The notes: generated by a model from the sequence alone, not told the origin. 64,000 bases of DNA from Octopus sinensis (GCF_006345805.1 NC_043006.1:86676001-86740000); one strand, 5' to 3'; shown: positions 10,671 through 24,019, counted from the first letter of the stretch. Numbers and translations are program-made.

Positions 10671-12283
10671 TACACTATGTTGTTTTGTATGACTATATAA
10701 AACCACAGGCCAACCATAGCTTTGTGAGTGTCCTTGGTAGATAAAAAGTCAGAAAAAATCCATTGGAAGCGTTTGCTATGTGCAACGTTGTTATTTATAT
10801 CAATAAACCTATCTCTCACTTCATGTCTTTGAAGACTGGAAAAACAGATAAGGATTAGCAACAAGGACAGCCGGCAATGACTCAATAACATAATCAAATA
10901 GCTCATTTTAGCATGGAAAAATGGACAAAAAAACAAATGAATTAATGAATATAAAATACACATGCACACACACACACTCTCTTATTTTATTTCTCTCTCT
11001 CACACACATTACATGATGAGTGTGTGCTTTAAAATATGCAAAAGAAATTATGAAAAATAACCTTTAAGGGCACAATGAATGATCTTTATAGAAGCCATCA
11101 TTTGTCAACAATGCAATATTTGTCTTTAAACTGTCTGTAGCTTTGACCCTAACAAATGTCCTCTTTAGATCAATAATCAACAACGATAACTGATTTTTAC
11201 ATTTCTATTGTCTTCTTTCCAGTTTGTTAATAAAGAGTTTTCTTCTCAGTTTGTGGAAGCTACCATACATATTATAATGAGCCCAACTCTTTTTTAATTA
11301 ATAAAAATTAAGTTCGTAGGGAGGAGTGGGACAAAAAATTGTTAGCTTCAACAATTAATTTTATTCAATAATGTTAAGGGAAATAATTCTAAAATCCAAA
11401 TTAATTAGAAATTGTGTGTGGACATGCAGTGGCAGTATAAGCCTGATCATTGGCTGGTACAGTGACATTACCAGACATTTTAAATTTATTATTAAATTTC
11501 CTATGAGTATTTGTCAGATATTAGCTGCCTATGGAATTTAATGATTTTGAGTAAGTAAACAATGATTTGTGTGACAGCTTGTTTCTTTTTGGGGATATTT
11601 CTTATAAATTATCTCATTTTAAATCATGTATGAGCTTCATTGATTATTCGAAAAGTTTTCCAGCTCTCATACATTTTCTTTTTTACATAAAATATTTAAA
11701 TGATATTCTGTACGAGTGTGGGTGTGTCTGTCTCACTTTGACCCTGACTTGAATTTCGACCCTTACATCATTCTCAATGAAGAGTGAATGAGAAAGAAGA
11801 TGACTCCTAGGTATTGTTTTATTATATTTCATCTATACTGTGAGTAGAGAGAGTGTGTTTGTCTTTCATGGAAATATTGTGATATATCTTCAAATCAATT
11901 TCAATTAATTTCACAGAAATTCAATGACAAATATATCCCTTATATTTGCTGTTCCTTAATAGATGTGGGAGATGAATATGAAAAGGTAGCAAGGCTTCAA
12001 TAGCGTATTATATCTTTGACAAAGAAACATATTCCAAAATAAAGGCAAACTGTTCAATAAAATTTGCTTGAAGTACAATCTTTGTACCAAAGTTCTTCCC
12101 AAAAATTTCAAATCACAACTGAATTTGAGTTGAAGCCAGTCTGCTTCTTCAACTCAAATTGCAACTTGTATTGGGGAAACTGCAATTACATGTAGGGTAA
12201 TTAGAAAATTGCAGTATGTAAAAAAGTAATTAGTATGTACTAATGAAGGCATCCTTACAGAAAGAGAAAACATAGATTGTTAA

Positions 12284-12430
12284 TTGGGAGAATGTTTCAT
12301 CAACCTTCAAAATACTGAATGGTATCATCTGCACATGATTTTACTACACAAATCTGGAGCATGCTCATTTCAGGAGCTAAAACCTGTTGGAAGACAAGTA
12401 TTACCATACGTGGAAGCAACTTTGTTTGTG
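12284..12430 (+). pseudogene. Helitron Rep/Helicase coding relic
   Basis: WYHLHMILLHKSGACSFQELKPVGRQVLPYVEA resembles the RepHel motif YYLRxLLxxxxGxxSFxDLKTVxGxxxPTxxEA (recalled motif). Confidence 0.45.
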
Positions 12431-12525
12431 AATCTGGAAGCCATTATCTTTCTCAAATTTAAAATCTGTTTATTTTTCACATTATTTACAGTTGAAAGAT
12501 ATTTGTCCTCATCTTGCTTGTTTTT

Positions 12526-12571
12526 AACATAACATTTCAGCTGATATACCCTCCAGCCTTCATCAAGTGTC
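12526..12571 (-). ncRNA. Decayed minimal hammerhead ribozyme
   Basis: Reverse complement: gacac-TTGATGA-aggctg-gagggtatat-cagct-GAAA-tgT-T-atgtt. Confidence 0.55.
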
Positions 12572-12749
12572 TTAGGGAAATTTTGAACCTGGGTTCTCAT
12601 TCCTAAGATATTTTTTTCCAATGTTATTATGGAATCGAACTTGGAATCTTAGAGTTAGTAGGCTTGCTCTCTTAACCACTATGTCACATGCCACTACACC
12701 ATGCCCCAAGATTCTGAGTTCAATTCCAAGCAGTGACCTGAATAATAAC

Positions 12750-12805
<56 letters not shown>

Positions 12806-12872
12806 AATAATAATAATAACAACATCGAAAAAATACCTTAGGAATGAGAACCCAAGTTCGGAATTTCCCCAA

Positions 12873-12918
12873 GACACCTGATGAAGGTTGGAGGGAATAT
12901 CAGATAAAACATTGTGTT
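12873..12918 (+). ncRNA. Decayed minimal hammerhead ribozyme
   Basis: gacac-CTGATGA-aggttg-gagggaatat-cagat-AAAA-caT-T-gtgtt. The two copies together imply the ancestor gacac CTGATGA aggctg..cagcc GAAA cgT T gtgtt. Confidence 0.55.
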
Positions 12919-13548
12919 AACAACAAACAAGATGAGGATGAGGACAAATATCTGTCAAATGTAAATAATGTAAATAATTCCTTATCTCTTAAATATAAAA
13001 GTCAATTTTTATATTGCAGATGAGTTGGGATTTGTTCAAGATCACAGTTGATTCATACTGAAGAACATCAAAATCCAAATGCTGATGATGGGCATTATAT
13101 TGTCACTGATCTTACAACTTCCTGTTGCCACAATGGAATTTCCCTTCCTCAGCTCATCCTTGGGTAGTTGCCTTTACTTTTATGTATCAGAACTTTCTGA
13201 GTTGCTGCCACACATTGCCAGAAACAACAGAGAAACAATTGAAAAAACAAAACATATTGAACCAAGCAAATAACATGCTTTTGATAACTAAATGGATCCC
13301 ATATAAAACAATATTAAAAGATCATTTGTTTTCTTTGATGATGATCATAATGGTTCTCAGAATAACATATTTATATCAAATATTAAGTAAGTGGAAGCAT
13401 ATTTCGATTAAATTCTCATTATTGCATCTACAAAACAGGCTGAATTATTCCATGCAAGTTTTTCTATAGTTCATTGAACTTTGCACATTCCAATTTCCAT
13501 TGATAGGGATTCTATTGACAATATTCATGTAAACAGCAAACTCTCTTT

Positions 13549-13920
13549 TACTTGTTTCAATCATTTGAGAGCGGCCATGCTGGAGCACCACCTTCAGTTG
13601 AGCAAATCAACCCCAGGACTTTTTCTTTGTAAGCCTAGTACTTATTCTATCAGTCTCTTTTGCCGAACTGCTAAGTTACAGGGACGTAGACACACCACCA
13701 TCGGTTGTCAAGCGATGTTAGTGGGACAAACACAGACACACAAACATATACACACACATACATATATACATATATATGACAGGCTTCTTTCAGTTTCTAT
13801 CTACCAAATCCACTCACAAGGCTTTGGTCAGCCCGAGGTTATAGTGGAAGACACTTGCCAAAGGTGCCATGCAGTGGGAATGAACCCGGAACCATGTGGT
13901 TCGTAAGCAAACTACTACCA
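13549..13920 (-). mobile_element. tRNA-derived SINE (family A)
   Basis: Reverse complement of the family seen at 57377-57735 (accacatggttccgggttc..., ttgggcaagtgtctt, gatagaataagtactaggcttacaaag). Confidence 0.85.
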
Positions 13921-14878
13921 CTTTAGGTGTTAGGGTGAAGCATCACTAATTTTGGCGTATGTGTATGTAGCTGTTGATTGTGCATTCCATAATCTGTTGC
14001 AAAATCATGGTTTTTCAAGATAATTTTTGATAACTACTATCTTAAAAAGGCATATAGAATTATTAATGTACACAGTTAAGACTGAGACTACATTCTGGAA
14101 AGTAGTGAGAAGATTGAAGTGCAACAAACTTAAAATTAGAGAATCAAATGGACTGTGAATAGACTGTGTTGGTGAAATGTAGGAACAACTGAAAACTGAC
14201 AGCAAGACTGAATTTTCAAATGATATTCTGGTTATATTGATTGAAATATGAAATGAGAAAGTTTTTGAGCCGCACATTGATTCCAACGTTTACAAGTTTT
14301 ACCCCTGATGTTGATTTTATGAATGACAAAATTTTAAACATGTTAGATGGAAAATGGTCACTTATAAAATCATTTATTTCTGCAATGATGAAGTCAATGA
14401 TAACAATTACCTGATGGATGTCTGCATTAGCTATAACTTTAGCAGGCTAGTTTCCTCCACTCTTTCATATTTAAAAGGGATCTGTTGCTAAAGGGGCCTG
14501 TTACTGGGGCAATAATTCACATGACCCAGTTACAGGGACATAGGACTGAAGTTGACAAAAAGTGAAATATGCCATTGTGCTAAGAAATAAACTACAATCT
14601 TTTTACACCACTCTCCCACTTAGGTTTATGCAATTACAACTTCCCCTTTATCTGGCTCTTACATACATACAATCAATGAATCTCATTGTCAGTTAGTGAA
14701 TAAAATACATTAGTTCTTTCTCAAGTGATCTCTTTGTTCATGGATGAATGTATGTTGCTATGCTGAGAGTTTAAAAAATGGTAAAATTTTATTGGTTCAG
14801 TAAAAACAAACAAACAAAAGAATGCTTCATTATTAAAGGATGTTAGACAATCTTTACGATCATATAACACCAAATGTT

Positions 14879-15060
14879 TGACCTTCAAACAAGCCAGATT
14901 TAAATCCCAAGGACTACACTGTTTAGGGCATTGTTTGAAGGGAGATTAATCAACATCCTCACATTAACAAACCCTCACTGAAGGTTGCCCTTGTCCAGGT
15001 AACGTCCAAATGAATAAGAACCATTTAGTACAAGCCTATCAACAATTCTAGTCTTGTTTA
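14879..15060 (+). pseudogene. maT/DD37D-type transposase C-terminal relic
   Basis: *PSNKPDLNPKDYTV*GIV*REINQHPHINKPSLKVAL resembles WPPxSPDLNPLDYxVWGxVERExNxHPH. Confidence 0.6.
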
Positions 15061-15244
15061 AGGACTGGAATCCCTTAATGTTTATGATTCATAAAATACT
15101 CTTATATGAAAACTTATCAAGAATGTGTGCATAAAATTTATATTAAAATATAGTTGACCTTTGCTAGATTAAAGTTGTTTTACTAAATTACCAAATATTT
15201 CCTCAAATACCTCTTGCACCCTGTGTGCCTCTGTGTATGTGTAT

Positions 15245-15324
<80 letters not shown>

Positions 15325-16194
15325 TAAATGAAACATGAAGAAAGACTGAACTCAAAACCCACAAGTTGAGAAGGGAACTTCTTAAGCACATGACTATGTT
15401 TGCTTCTATTCAAATGCCTCCTATAAACGAAATGTTGACCATTTAAATTGGAGCAGCATATCTGATAGACTCAATCACTTGCAACCCTCGAAGGAGAAAC
15501 AGTCAAATAAAATATTCAAGTGTGAAAGCAAATGCAATATTAAATCCTATGATGTCAGTAGATAAGGTAGTGTTAACATTTTGAATATACGGTGTATTTA
15601 AAAGCTAATGATACAGGAATGTGTGTGTGTGTGTGGGGGGGGGCGAGCTAAAAAAAAAAGACAAAAAAAACACGCAGTTTTAGCCAATGACAACATTATT
15701 TTCATTGGTCCAGTATGTGCTAAATGATTCCTTAAGTAAATGTATATGATTGCACTTTATTGTCATAGGAAAATAAATTTGCTGAGAAATTAACTATTTC
15801 AGAGACACCATCTAAACAAATAACAATAGTGCTAACATATTTAATAGACAGAACATTATGAATCTAATTAGAAATCTGGCAAGGTAACAAATAATATGTA
15901 GAGAAATTGTAAATTCACTCTATGATAAACAAAAAGTATGGCATGACACTTAACAATGGTTTTAATTATATCCTCTGTTGGTCAATAAATCGATAAATTA
16001 ATGTAGCTCTGATGAGTTTTATCAATGGTACATTTGGTATGAGGCTTTGATTTCAACATCAAGAAAATGCTATACAGATAGTAAACAAAATGAAATGCAA
16101 GCTGATTCTTACAATCTTGAAAAAGTGAGTGTCACAGAGATGAATCTGGCATTCTGCAAGTTGGTGTTATATATATATATATATATATATATCA

Positions 16195-16555
16195 TCATCA
16201 TCATCATCGTTTAACATCCGCCTTCCATGCTAGCATGGGTTGGACGATTTTGACTGAGGGGTGGCGAACCAGATGGTTGCACCAGGCTCCAATATTGATT
16301 TGGCAGAGTTTCTACAGCTGGATGCCCTTCCTAACACCAACCACTCCGAGAGTGAGTGTAGTGGGTGCTTTTTACATGCCACCGGCACGGGGACCAGTCA
16401 GGTGGTACTGGCAATGACCTCACTCGAATCCTTTTACACATGCCACCAGCACAGGTGCCAGTAAGGCGACTTTGGTAACGACCACGCTCGAATGGTGACC
16501 TTTTACATGCCACTGGCATAGAAGCCAGTTGGCTGCTCTGGCAACGATCATGCTC

Positions 16556-16560
<5 letters not shown>
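16195..16560 (+). mobile_element. (CAT)n-terminated SINE/RTE-tail repeat (family B)
   Basis: catcatcatcgtttaac.tccgc.ttccatgctagcatgggttggac...ctacagctggatgcccttcctaac; copies at 26600, 28530, 51345 and 55018. Confidence 0.8.
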
Positions 16561-16588
<28 letters not shown>

Positions 16589-18293
16589 TTTAAAACTGAT
16601 GTAATACAGTGTTTAATAAAATGAAGTAGCATGAAACAATTGTACTACTCTAACTTGGATATACTTGTTGCTTATTTGTATATATATATATATATATATA
16701 TCATTTGCATGTTCACACATCACATTTATTTGGCAAAACTCTTTGAAAGTACATAGTCACTGCTCACAATGTCAACATCATGACATCATTGCCATCTTAC
16801 TGAAGCAGTAGTAGACATGGAATATCAACATTCATACACTTTTCCATATATACATGTATGCACAAGCATGCATGCATGCACACCCACCCACACACACACA
16901 GAGTCCCAGAAATATATCTGTGTGCATGTGTGTATTTAAATATGCTGCATGTGTACAGTGTGGGGAAGAAAGTACACATACTATCAGTCACAACTAACAG
17001 ACATGAGTCATTGCTTTGTATATTTATTCAGTTTAACACATACCTCATATGAAATTAGTTAAATGAAGTGTTCTGTTGGGTCCTATTGCTACAAAAGATG
17101 TCAGAGGGGATCTGAGCTTTAGTGTAAGATAGTTTGGTTTATTCCCTGTTTATACTGTACCTCTGTTTTATATTCACGTTTTACCTAGACTACACACACC
17201 TCTTTCTTTCTCTTTCTCTCTCGCTCTTGTTCTCTCTCTCTTTCCAGGTGGCAAGCCATGAATTCACCTCTTCAGAAAGACACTAGTTCCTCTCCCTCTT
17301 TCATAGTTTCTTTCTCCAGTCACTGTCAGGGTACTTGTCGACCTCACTGTTGCTGGTGCCATGTAAAAAGCACCCAGCACACACTGTTAAGTGGTTGGCC
17401 TTGGGAAAAGCATCTCGCTTTATAAACCATGCCAAAGCAGATACAGAACCTAGTGGAGCCCTTTGGCTCTTCTGTTCTTGTCAAACTATCAAACCAATGC
17501 CAGCATGGTAAAAGGACATTGAATGATGATAAACTTTTGTGAACTCAGTCATAGTTCAACTGCATGTATGTTTATGAAGCTGGTAACAATGAGTTGGAGC
17601 AACAGTGTAGAACTTGGATCTCTCATTTGTTTTGGGTGTGAATCAGTGATACTCTCTGCTAGACTTGGTCTGCGTTGTCTGGTAAAAGCTGGTCTGTTGA
17701 ATTCTACTTCTCTGCCTTCTGTGAGACACTTGGCAACACTGTGCATTAGGGAACAACTCCATTGTTCTCCCTCCGAAATTATCTGAGTTATCTGGTCTGC
17801 TATATATCACTTGATATGTCTGCTGAGAGATAATTGGTAATATTGTCAGGAGGTAACCAGCTTCTCTGGTCTTGACTATTTCCAAGAGTTAAGATGGTGA
17901 TACAGGCAAAACTGTTGGTGCCAGCAAGTCTGGGATGTGGTGTACTTAAAAAGGGTGTAACAGGATGAGAGATTCCTGCAGTGGATGGGTGCTACTTGCA
18001 TCCTTCACATCAAATATTAATTGAAGAAAGAGTCAAGATTTTCCGCTAACTTCAACAGTATAAATATTTATTCTTTGATTCACAATATAAACACTTCTTT
18101 CTTTTGGGCGAATCAGCAACCTAGGAGCTTAGTGGCAGTAGTCTAGTGGAGTGAGTCAATCCTTCCTGTTCAAGCATAGCGGGGATGCGCCACGAGGTAG
18201 CAGCTCAAGAAAGCTGCTGTAGACACGTCTGTATCATTCAGCTGCTAGCGTCCAAGAGAGAGATACAAGAGAATTTTGCTGCTGCTAGTTTTC

Positions 18294-18305
18294 TGCGCAT
18301 GCGCA
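18294..18305. promoter_or_regulatory. Perfect NRF1/Ewg-type palindrome TGCGCATGCGCA in a CpG-retaining patch
   Basis: Exact consensus match; YY1-like ccaagatggtg at 18368-18378. Function not shown. Confidence 0.3.
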
Positions 18306-19579
18306 TGAAGGAACTTCCAGCAAGCCTTCCAGAAGATTCCAACCCTGTGCATGCGTGCCGGAGATTTCCAAGATGGTGTCACTACAAGGGTATCCAGTCA
18401 CAGAAATCATGCTAAAGTGGATACTGGAGCACAACATAGAAAATGGACATTAAACAATGATACTCATGATATGTATGTATGCTAGTTGAGTAATCTACAA
18501 AGTGATAATGTTGATACATCTTTGGACAACTGGGTAGATGAATGCATCATTGCACCTGTTGACTGGTGCAGTAAGTGACAACAAAGCTTGGTATCACTAT
18601 CAGGCCAGTCTGAAGATTCATTTGTCAATGAAAGCAAACTATAAATCTTCAGATTAATGTTTATGTCACTGGAACACAATGAATATAAAAATATGAAATA
18701 TTTGCTACTGATATTTGTTAATAACTAATGGAATTTTTATATTTTGGAATGATAATTCCAGTTTCTCATAAAATCCTTGGCTACTGAAATAACATTATTC
18801 TCAAGGATTTCCCTACCTTTTTTTTTTTTAGTGATAACATTGGTTCTGATATTAGAGATAATTGTCTCAAATAAAATCCAATTAAAATTTTTGAATAGCT
18901 CTGTTCTTAATCAATGTGGTATTCGCCCACATCTTTTACATTATTCAAAAGTGGGTAGTGGTTGTTGGAAGTGATAGTGTTGGTGGTAGCAGTGGCAATA
19001 GAGATGAAGTAAAAAAAAAAAGTGACTATTTCTTCAAATATCTTTCACTATCTGCTAATTGGTTTAGTCTTCAACTTGGAGTAGGTTCAATTTCCATTCC
19101 CATTTCTCTGTTAACAGTTGTAAGAAATTATTATTTGCATCTAATTGCATTTGACTGCATCAAGTGTTTAACATTGATACTTAAAGCTAAACTATTGCAA
19201 TTTTGATGGATACTGCAGCCTGTTATTCCTCTTCTGCAGGAAATTTGCAAATTTCGCACCATTAATCTTATTTCCTTTTTTGATATAACCTATCATTTTA
19301 GTTTTCTAGCCAGTTTCTAACAGATTCAATGTGTTTATTCATTCCATTCTTTTCATCTTCTCTTAGAGAATATTCATAAAATTTCTCTCCCTCTCTCTCA
19401 CTTTCTCTCTTTCCCTGTCTGCCTGTCTGCCTGTCTGTCTCTCTGCTTGTTATTTCTATGCACCTATCTATTTATCCATCTAACTACCCACCTATCCGAT
19501 CTACACATCTATTTCCCTCTATCTTACCCGTCTTTTCAATTTTTCTTATTTACCTGCCTCTTTTAGTTCTTTCTCTCTT

Positions 19580-19620
<41 letters not shown>

Positions 19621-20040
19621 CTTTATCTGTCTCTCAATCATATTTTTATCTTTCCAACTATCCTTCCATCTCTTGCTCTTGTTTGCTCTCTCTCTCTCTC
19701 TGTCTATCTATCCTTCTGTCTTCCTTTCTTTCTTTCTTTCAACACACATGTTTTAATTCATTATTTTATTACTTTGAAATGTGTGTGTAGGCATGTGAAT
19801 AGGCACACACACACATATAACTTTATAAATATGTAGATGCGTGACTATATACAGTATACTTAAACCATGATTGAAATTTATGTCACACATGTGAAGATCT
19901 CTTCACATGAAACCATTGGTTGCCTTGTTAACCCACAAATAAAGTGTATGTGTGTGCGTGAGTGTATAATGCATATATACATACATGCACATACACACAC
20001 ACTCAAAGAAATGTATATATGTATGGTGTGCGTATGTGTG

Positions 20041-20070
<30 letters not shown>

Positions 20071-20072
<2 letters not shown>

Positions 20073-20468
20073 CTCTCTTTACTCTTTTACTTGTTTCAGT
20101 CATTTAACTGTGGCCATACTAGAGCATCGCCTTTAGTTGAACAAATCAACCTCAGGACTTATTCTTTGTAAGCCTAGTACTTATTCTATCAGTCTCTTTT
20201 GCCGAACCACTGAGTTTCGGGGACATAAACACACCACCATCAGTTGTCAAGCGATGTGGGGGGGACAAACACAGACACACAAACATATACACACGCATAC
20301 ATATATACGACAGGCTTCTTTCAGTTTCTGTCTACCAAATCCACTCACAAGGCTTTGGTCGGCCCGAGGCTATAGTAGAAGACACTTGCCCAAGGTGCCA
20401 TGCAGTGGGACTGAACCTAGAACCATGTGGTTGGTAAGCAAGCTACTTACCACACAGCCACTCCTGTG

Positions 20469-20470
<2 letters not shown>
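20071..20470 (-). mobile_element. tRNA-derived SINE (family A)
   Basis: Full-length reverse copy ending cacacagccactcctgtgcc. Confidence 0.9.
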
Positions 20471-20502
<32 letters not shown>

Positions 20503-20539
20503 AAAAAAGGTTTGAAAATGCAATTTAAACGATGTTTAT

Positions 20540-20585
20540 TTACTTAACCGGTTTCACTCCTTGGTAAAAGATTGTCAAAAGTTAC
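20540..20585 (-). ncRNA. Decayed minimal hammerhead-like motif (PLE2 left arm)
   Basis: Reverse complement: actt-TTGACAA-tcttttaccaaggagt-GAAA-ccggT-T-aagt. Confidence 0.45.
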
Positions 20586-20617
20586 ATTTAAGGAAACATT
20601 GAATAATATGGGTTCAA

Positions 20618-20820
20618 AAAAAGTTTTTTACATAATTGTCACATTGAGTATTATGCATTCAAAAAGGTTTTTACATAATTGTCACATTGAGTATTATGCA
20701 TTCAAAAAGGTTTTTACATATTGTCACATTGAGTATTATGCATTCAAAAAGGTTTTTACATAATTGTCACATTGGATATATGAATTCAAAAATGTTTTTT
20801 ATACATAATTGTCACATTAC
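20618..20820 (+). repeat. ~43-bp tandem repeat (about 4.5 units) in the PLE arm
   Basis: Unit aaaaaggtttttacataattgtcacattgagtattatgcattc; mirror array at ~26180-26390. Confidence 0.85.
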
Positions 20821-21914
20821 ATGTATAGATATAGTGTTTGGTAACAGAGAAGTTCAATAGTGTGATGAGAATGTTTGGGAAAATTTGGCAGAAAAGGATA
20901 AAACAATATATTATTGGGAATTGGTTGCGTTAATTATTGGTTGTCGCAAATTGTCACATTACATGTATATATATACAATCTTCGGTATATATATACAGCC
21001 TTTTGACAGCAAAAATTAGAATGGCTTTTTTATACATCTCAGAATATTTTAAGTACAAGGCGAGAATATGTTTTTACTGACCTGTTGGGATTAGCAGAAA
21101 GGCTGAACTGAGAGAACAGAGGAAGTAGCCAATGTGGTGTATACTTCCCCTTTATGCATGAATGATTTTGGGGTTATCAGGAGGTTAGTATGCGGGTGTG
21201 AATAGATGTGTTCGTGCCCGCTGGTCAGATAGCGTCTGTTTGTCACACACATATATAACCCACACACACACACACACACACCAACACACACAACAACACA
21301 CACATAGTAAACAAACACACACCACATACAAACAACACACACCACAAACACAGAACACACACACCCACACACAATGCACCCACATATATCACATATACAC
21401 ACAGCACACAAATATAATATGTATCTATATATAACATACACAGATATAAACACACATACACACACAGCAACACACACACACCCACACACAACACACGCAC
21501 ACATACATACATAATATAAATATCACACAAATACACCTAGCATATATATACACACATACAATATACACATACAGCATGTAAGCAATATACATACACAATA
21601 TATGCATGCAATATACATACGCAGTACATACATATAATATATATATATAGACAATGCATATACATATATACACATATACATATAAATAGTGTTTACATAC
21701 ACATACATAGATGTACCACATATACCCACAACACACATACATACAACGCATACACATACACGTACGCATACATATAATGTATATATACACACACACACAC
21801 ATACATACATACACAATGTATACATATATATACACACGCAATGCACATACCTGTATTCACGCAATATATAGCACACCTACAATATACATATATACACTGC
21901 ACACATACACAGAA

Positions 21915-24018
21915 AATTACGCCTCACAGAGAATTTTTTGACAGGAAAACTAATAATATCGACGATTCAATGGTCTGTAACAAAAGCAACTATAATCCCA
22001 TAAAAGGCAAAAAAAAACCTTAGACCAATTTTGCGATTACATCTCCAACTTCCCTTATGGTGAACTCCCACAACCTAAACTGAAACCCACACCAGTAAAA
22101 GAGAATGGGAAATCATCCACACGCTACGAGACAATCATGACGTCACAATAAAGGAAGCTGATAGGGTAGTACGGTCGTTGTTATGAATACTGAGCAATAT
22201 AAAAACTCTGTATCTCTCCTTTTAGAGGATACCACATACTACGAAGAGTAGTCGACTACCAGCAATCCAAAACATGACCAATCTGAAGGCACTCATTTAC
22301 CAACACCGGAATGACTTGACAGCAAAGGAATGCGACTACATTACTAAATTTAATTGCAAAACCAGCACACTCTATGGGCTTCCAAAAATACACAAGAGTC
22401 AAATTATCACAGAAGCTTGCAAAAAGTCCACTTCAACCTGCATCACTATACCACATCCCACTGATCTCAAACTGAGACCAATAGTGGCAGGCCCAAGTTG
22501 TGAAACACACAGACTTAGCAACTTTATAGATATCATCTTAAAGCCAATACTGAAACACATTCCAGGTATTGTAAGAGATGACCTGGACCTATTAAACCAT
22601 CTCCCCAAACATGCCGATAAAGACACCTTAATCGTTTCTTTTGATGTTATTAATCTTTACACCACAATCCCACATGAATTTGGACTGGAAGCCATTAAAT
22701 TCTGGCTGGATAAATATCCCAATGAGATCCCGGAAAGAATTAAAAAAGAATTCATAATTGAGGGCCTCAAATTTATTCTGCAAAACAACTTCATGTATTT
22801 CCACAACAACACTTACAGACAGGTCTCAGGTACTGCAATGGGTACGAAAGTTGCACCTACCTATGCAAACCTGGTGATGGCCTACCTGGAATCACATATC
22901 TATGAAAAATCCAAATATAAGTACGGCCAGTCTTTCCACAAATACCTGTTGGAGAACTGGAAACGCTACTTAGATGATTGCCTCATCCTATGGTCCCACA
23001 CACTCGACCAACTTATAGACTTCAAAAACCTTATCAACAGTGTAAATAACAACATTCAATTCACAATGGAATATAGTCAGGACCAACTCCCTTTTCTTGA
23101 CATCCTAATCATTAAAAAAGGCGTCAACATTGAAACTGACATCCATTACAAACCACTGACTCTAAACAATACCTTCTATTCACCTCCAATCACCCAAAAC
23201 ACACAAAGACAAATATCCCCTTCAACCTAGCGAGAAGAATCTGCACTATTGTCTCAAATGACACAACACGAATAGAAGACTCCGGGAACTAAGGGCAATT
23301 CTTCTCGAAAGACATTACCCGGCATCACTAGTAGACAACGGAATAGAACGGGCCAAATCAATCAACATTCAAGACCTTCGAAAACCCAAACACATCCACA
23401 GTACAGTCAATAGCCTCCCTTATCTCTCAACACACAACCCAAGGATGCAGAAGCTTACACTATTATATACAACAACATTCCACAACTAAATCAAGACCCA
23501 CGCCTGAAAAAAATACTGGCAGCTCATAAAATAATAAAAAGTAAGAGACAACCTAAATCCCTAAAAAACCTCCTCACCAACGCAAAATTACACAACACAA
23601 ACCCACCGCCCACCATCATAAAATGTGGTCGCCCCAACTGCAAGACCTGCATCCACCTCATTGAGGGATCATCGTACAAGTTCCACTCGGGACACACATT
23701 CATCATAAAAAATAATTTCACGTGCGCATCAAAAAATTTACTCTACGTCATAAGGTGTGAAGGATGCCATGAAGATTACATAGGGCAAACGAGCCTTACC
23801 CTCAGAGACAGAATGACAGTTCACCGACAACAACTGAGGGACCCCTCCACAAGACAGATACCACTAGTGGACACTTAGACCTTTGTGCACACAATAAGTC
23901 CCCCAAATTCTTAGTCTTCCCACTATACCAATGCTCGGACAACACCACAGACCAAACACGAATAAATAAGGAAAGTAATCTTATTCAAAAATACAGACCA
24001 CAACTAAACATACTCTAA
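21915..24018 (+). pseudogene. PLE RT + GIY-YIG endonuclease, frameshifted
   Basis: ORF 22274-23230: LYGLPKIHK, LRPIVAG, SFDVINLYT, GTAMGT, RYLDD. Downstream: CGRPNCKTC, LLYVIRCEGCHEDYIGQT, ESNLIQKYRPQLN*. Several frameshifts. Confidence 0.88.
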
Positions 24019-24019
24019 C

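Larger units (their letters stand above)
12475..12975. mobile_element. Head-to-head inverted dimer of a tRNA-headed, hammerhead-bearing SINE
   Basis: Arms 12475-12625 and ~12815-12975 are inverted copies. The minus copy has a tRNA-like head at 12631-12692 (A box tgacatagtgg, B box gttcgattcc). The plus copy starts 5'-truncated (gagttcaattcc), then (AAT)n at 12741-12820, body, hammerhead and tail. Confidence 0.75.

Noticed and set aside
12572-12881. Poly-Asn / poly-Leu ORFs
   Set aside because: Translation of the (AAT)n tract inside the SINE dimer.
13020-13386. Plus-strand segment bounded by a strong acceptor and gtaagt
   Set aside because: Stops in all three frames and no recognisable protein; cannot be supported as an exon without transcripts.
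20618-20820. CRISPR-like array
   Set aside because: The 43-bp units are contiguous with no unique spacers, the context is eukaryotic, and there are no cas genes.
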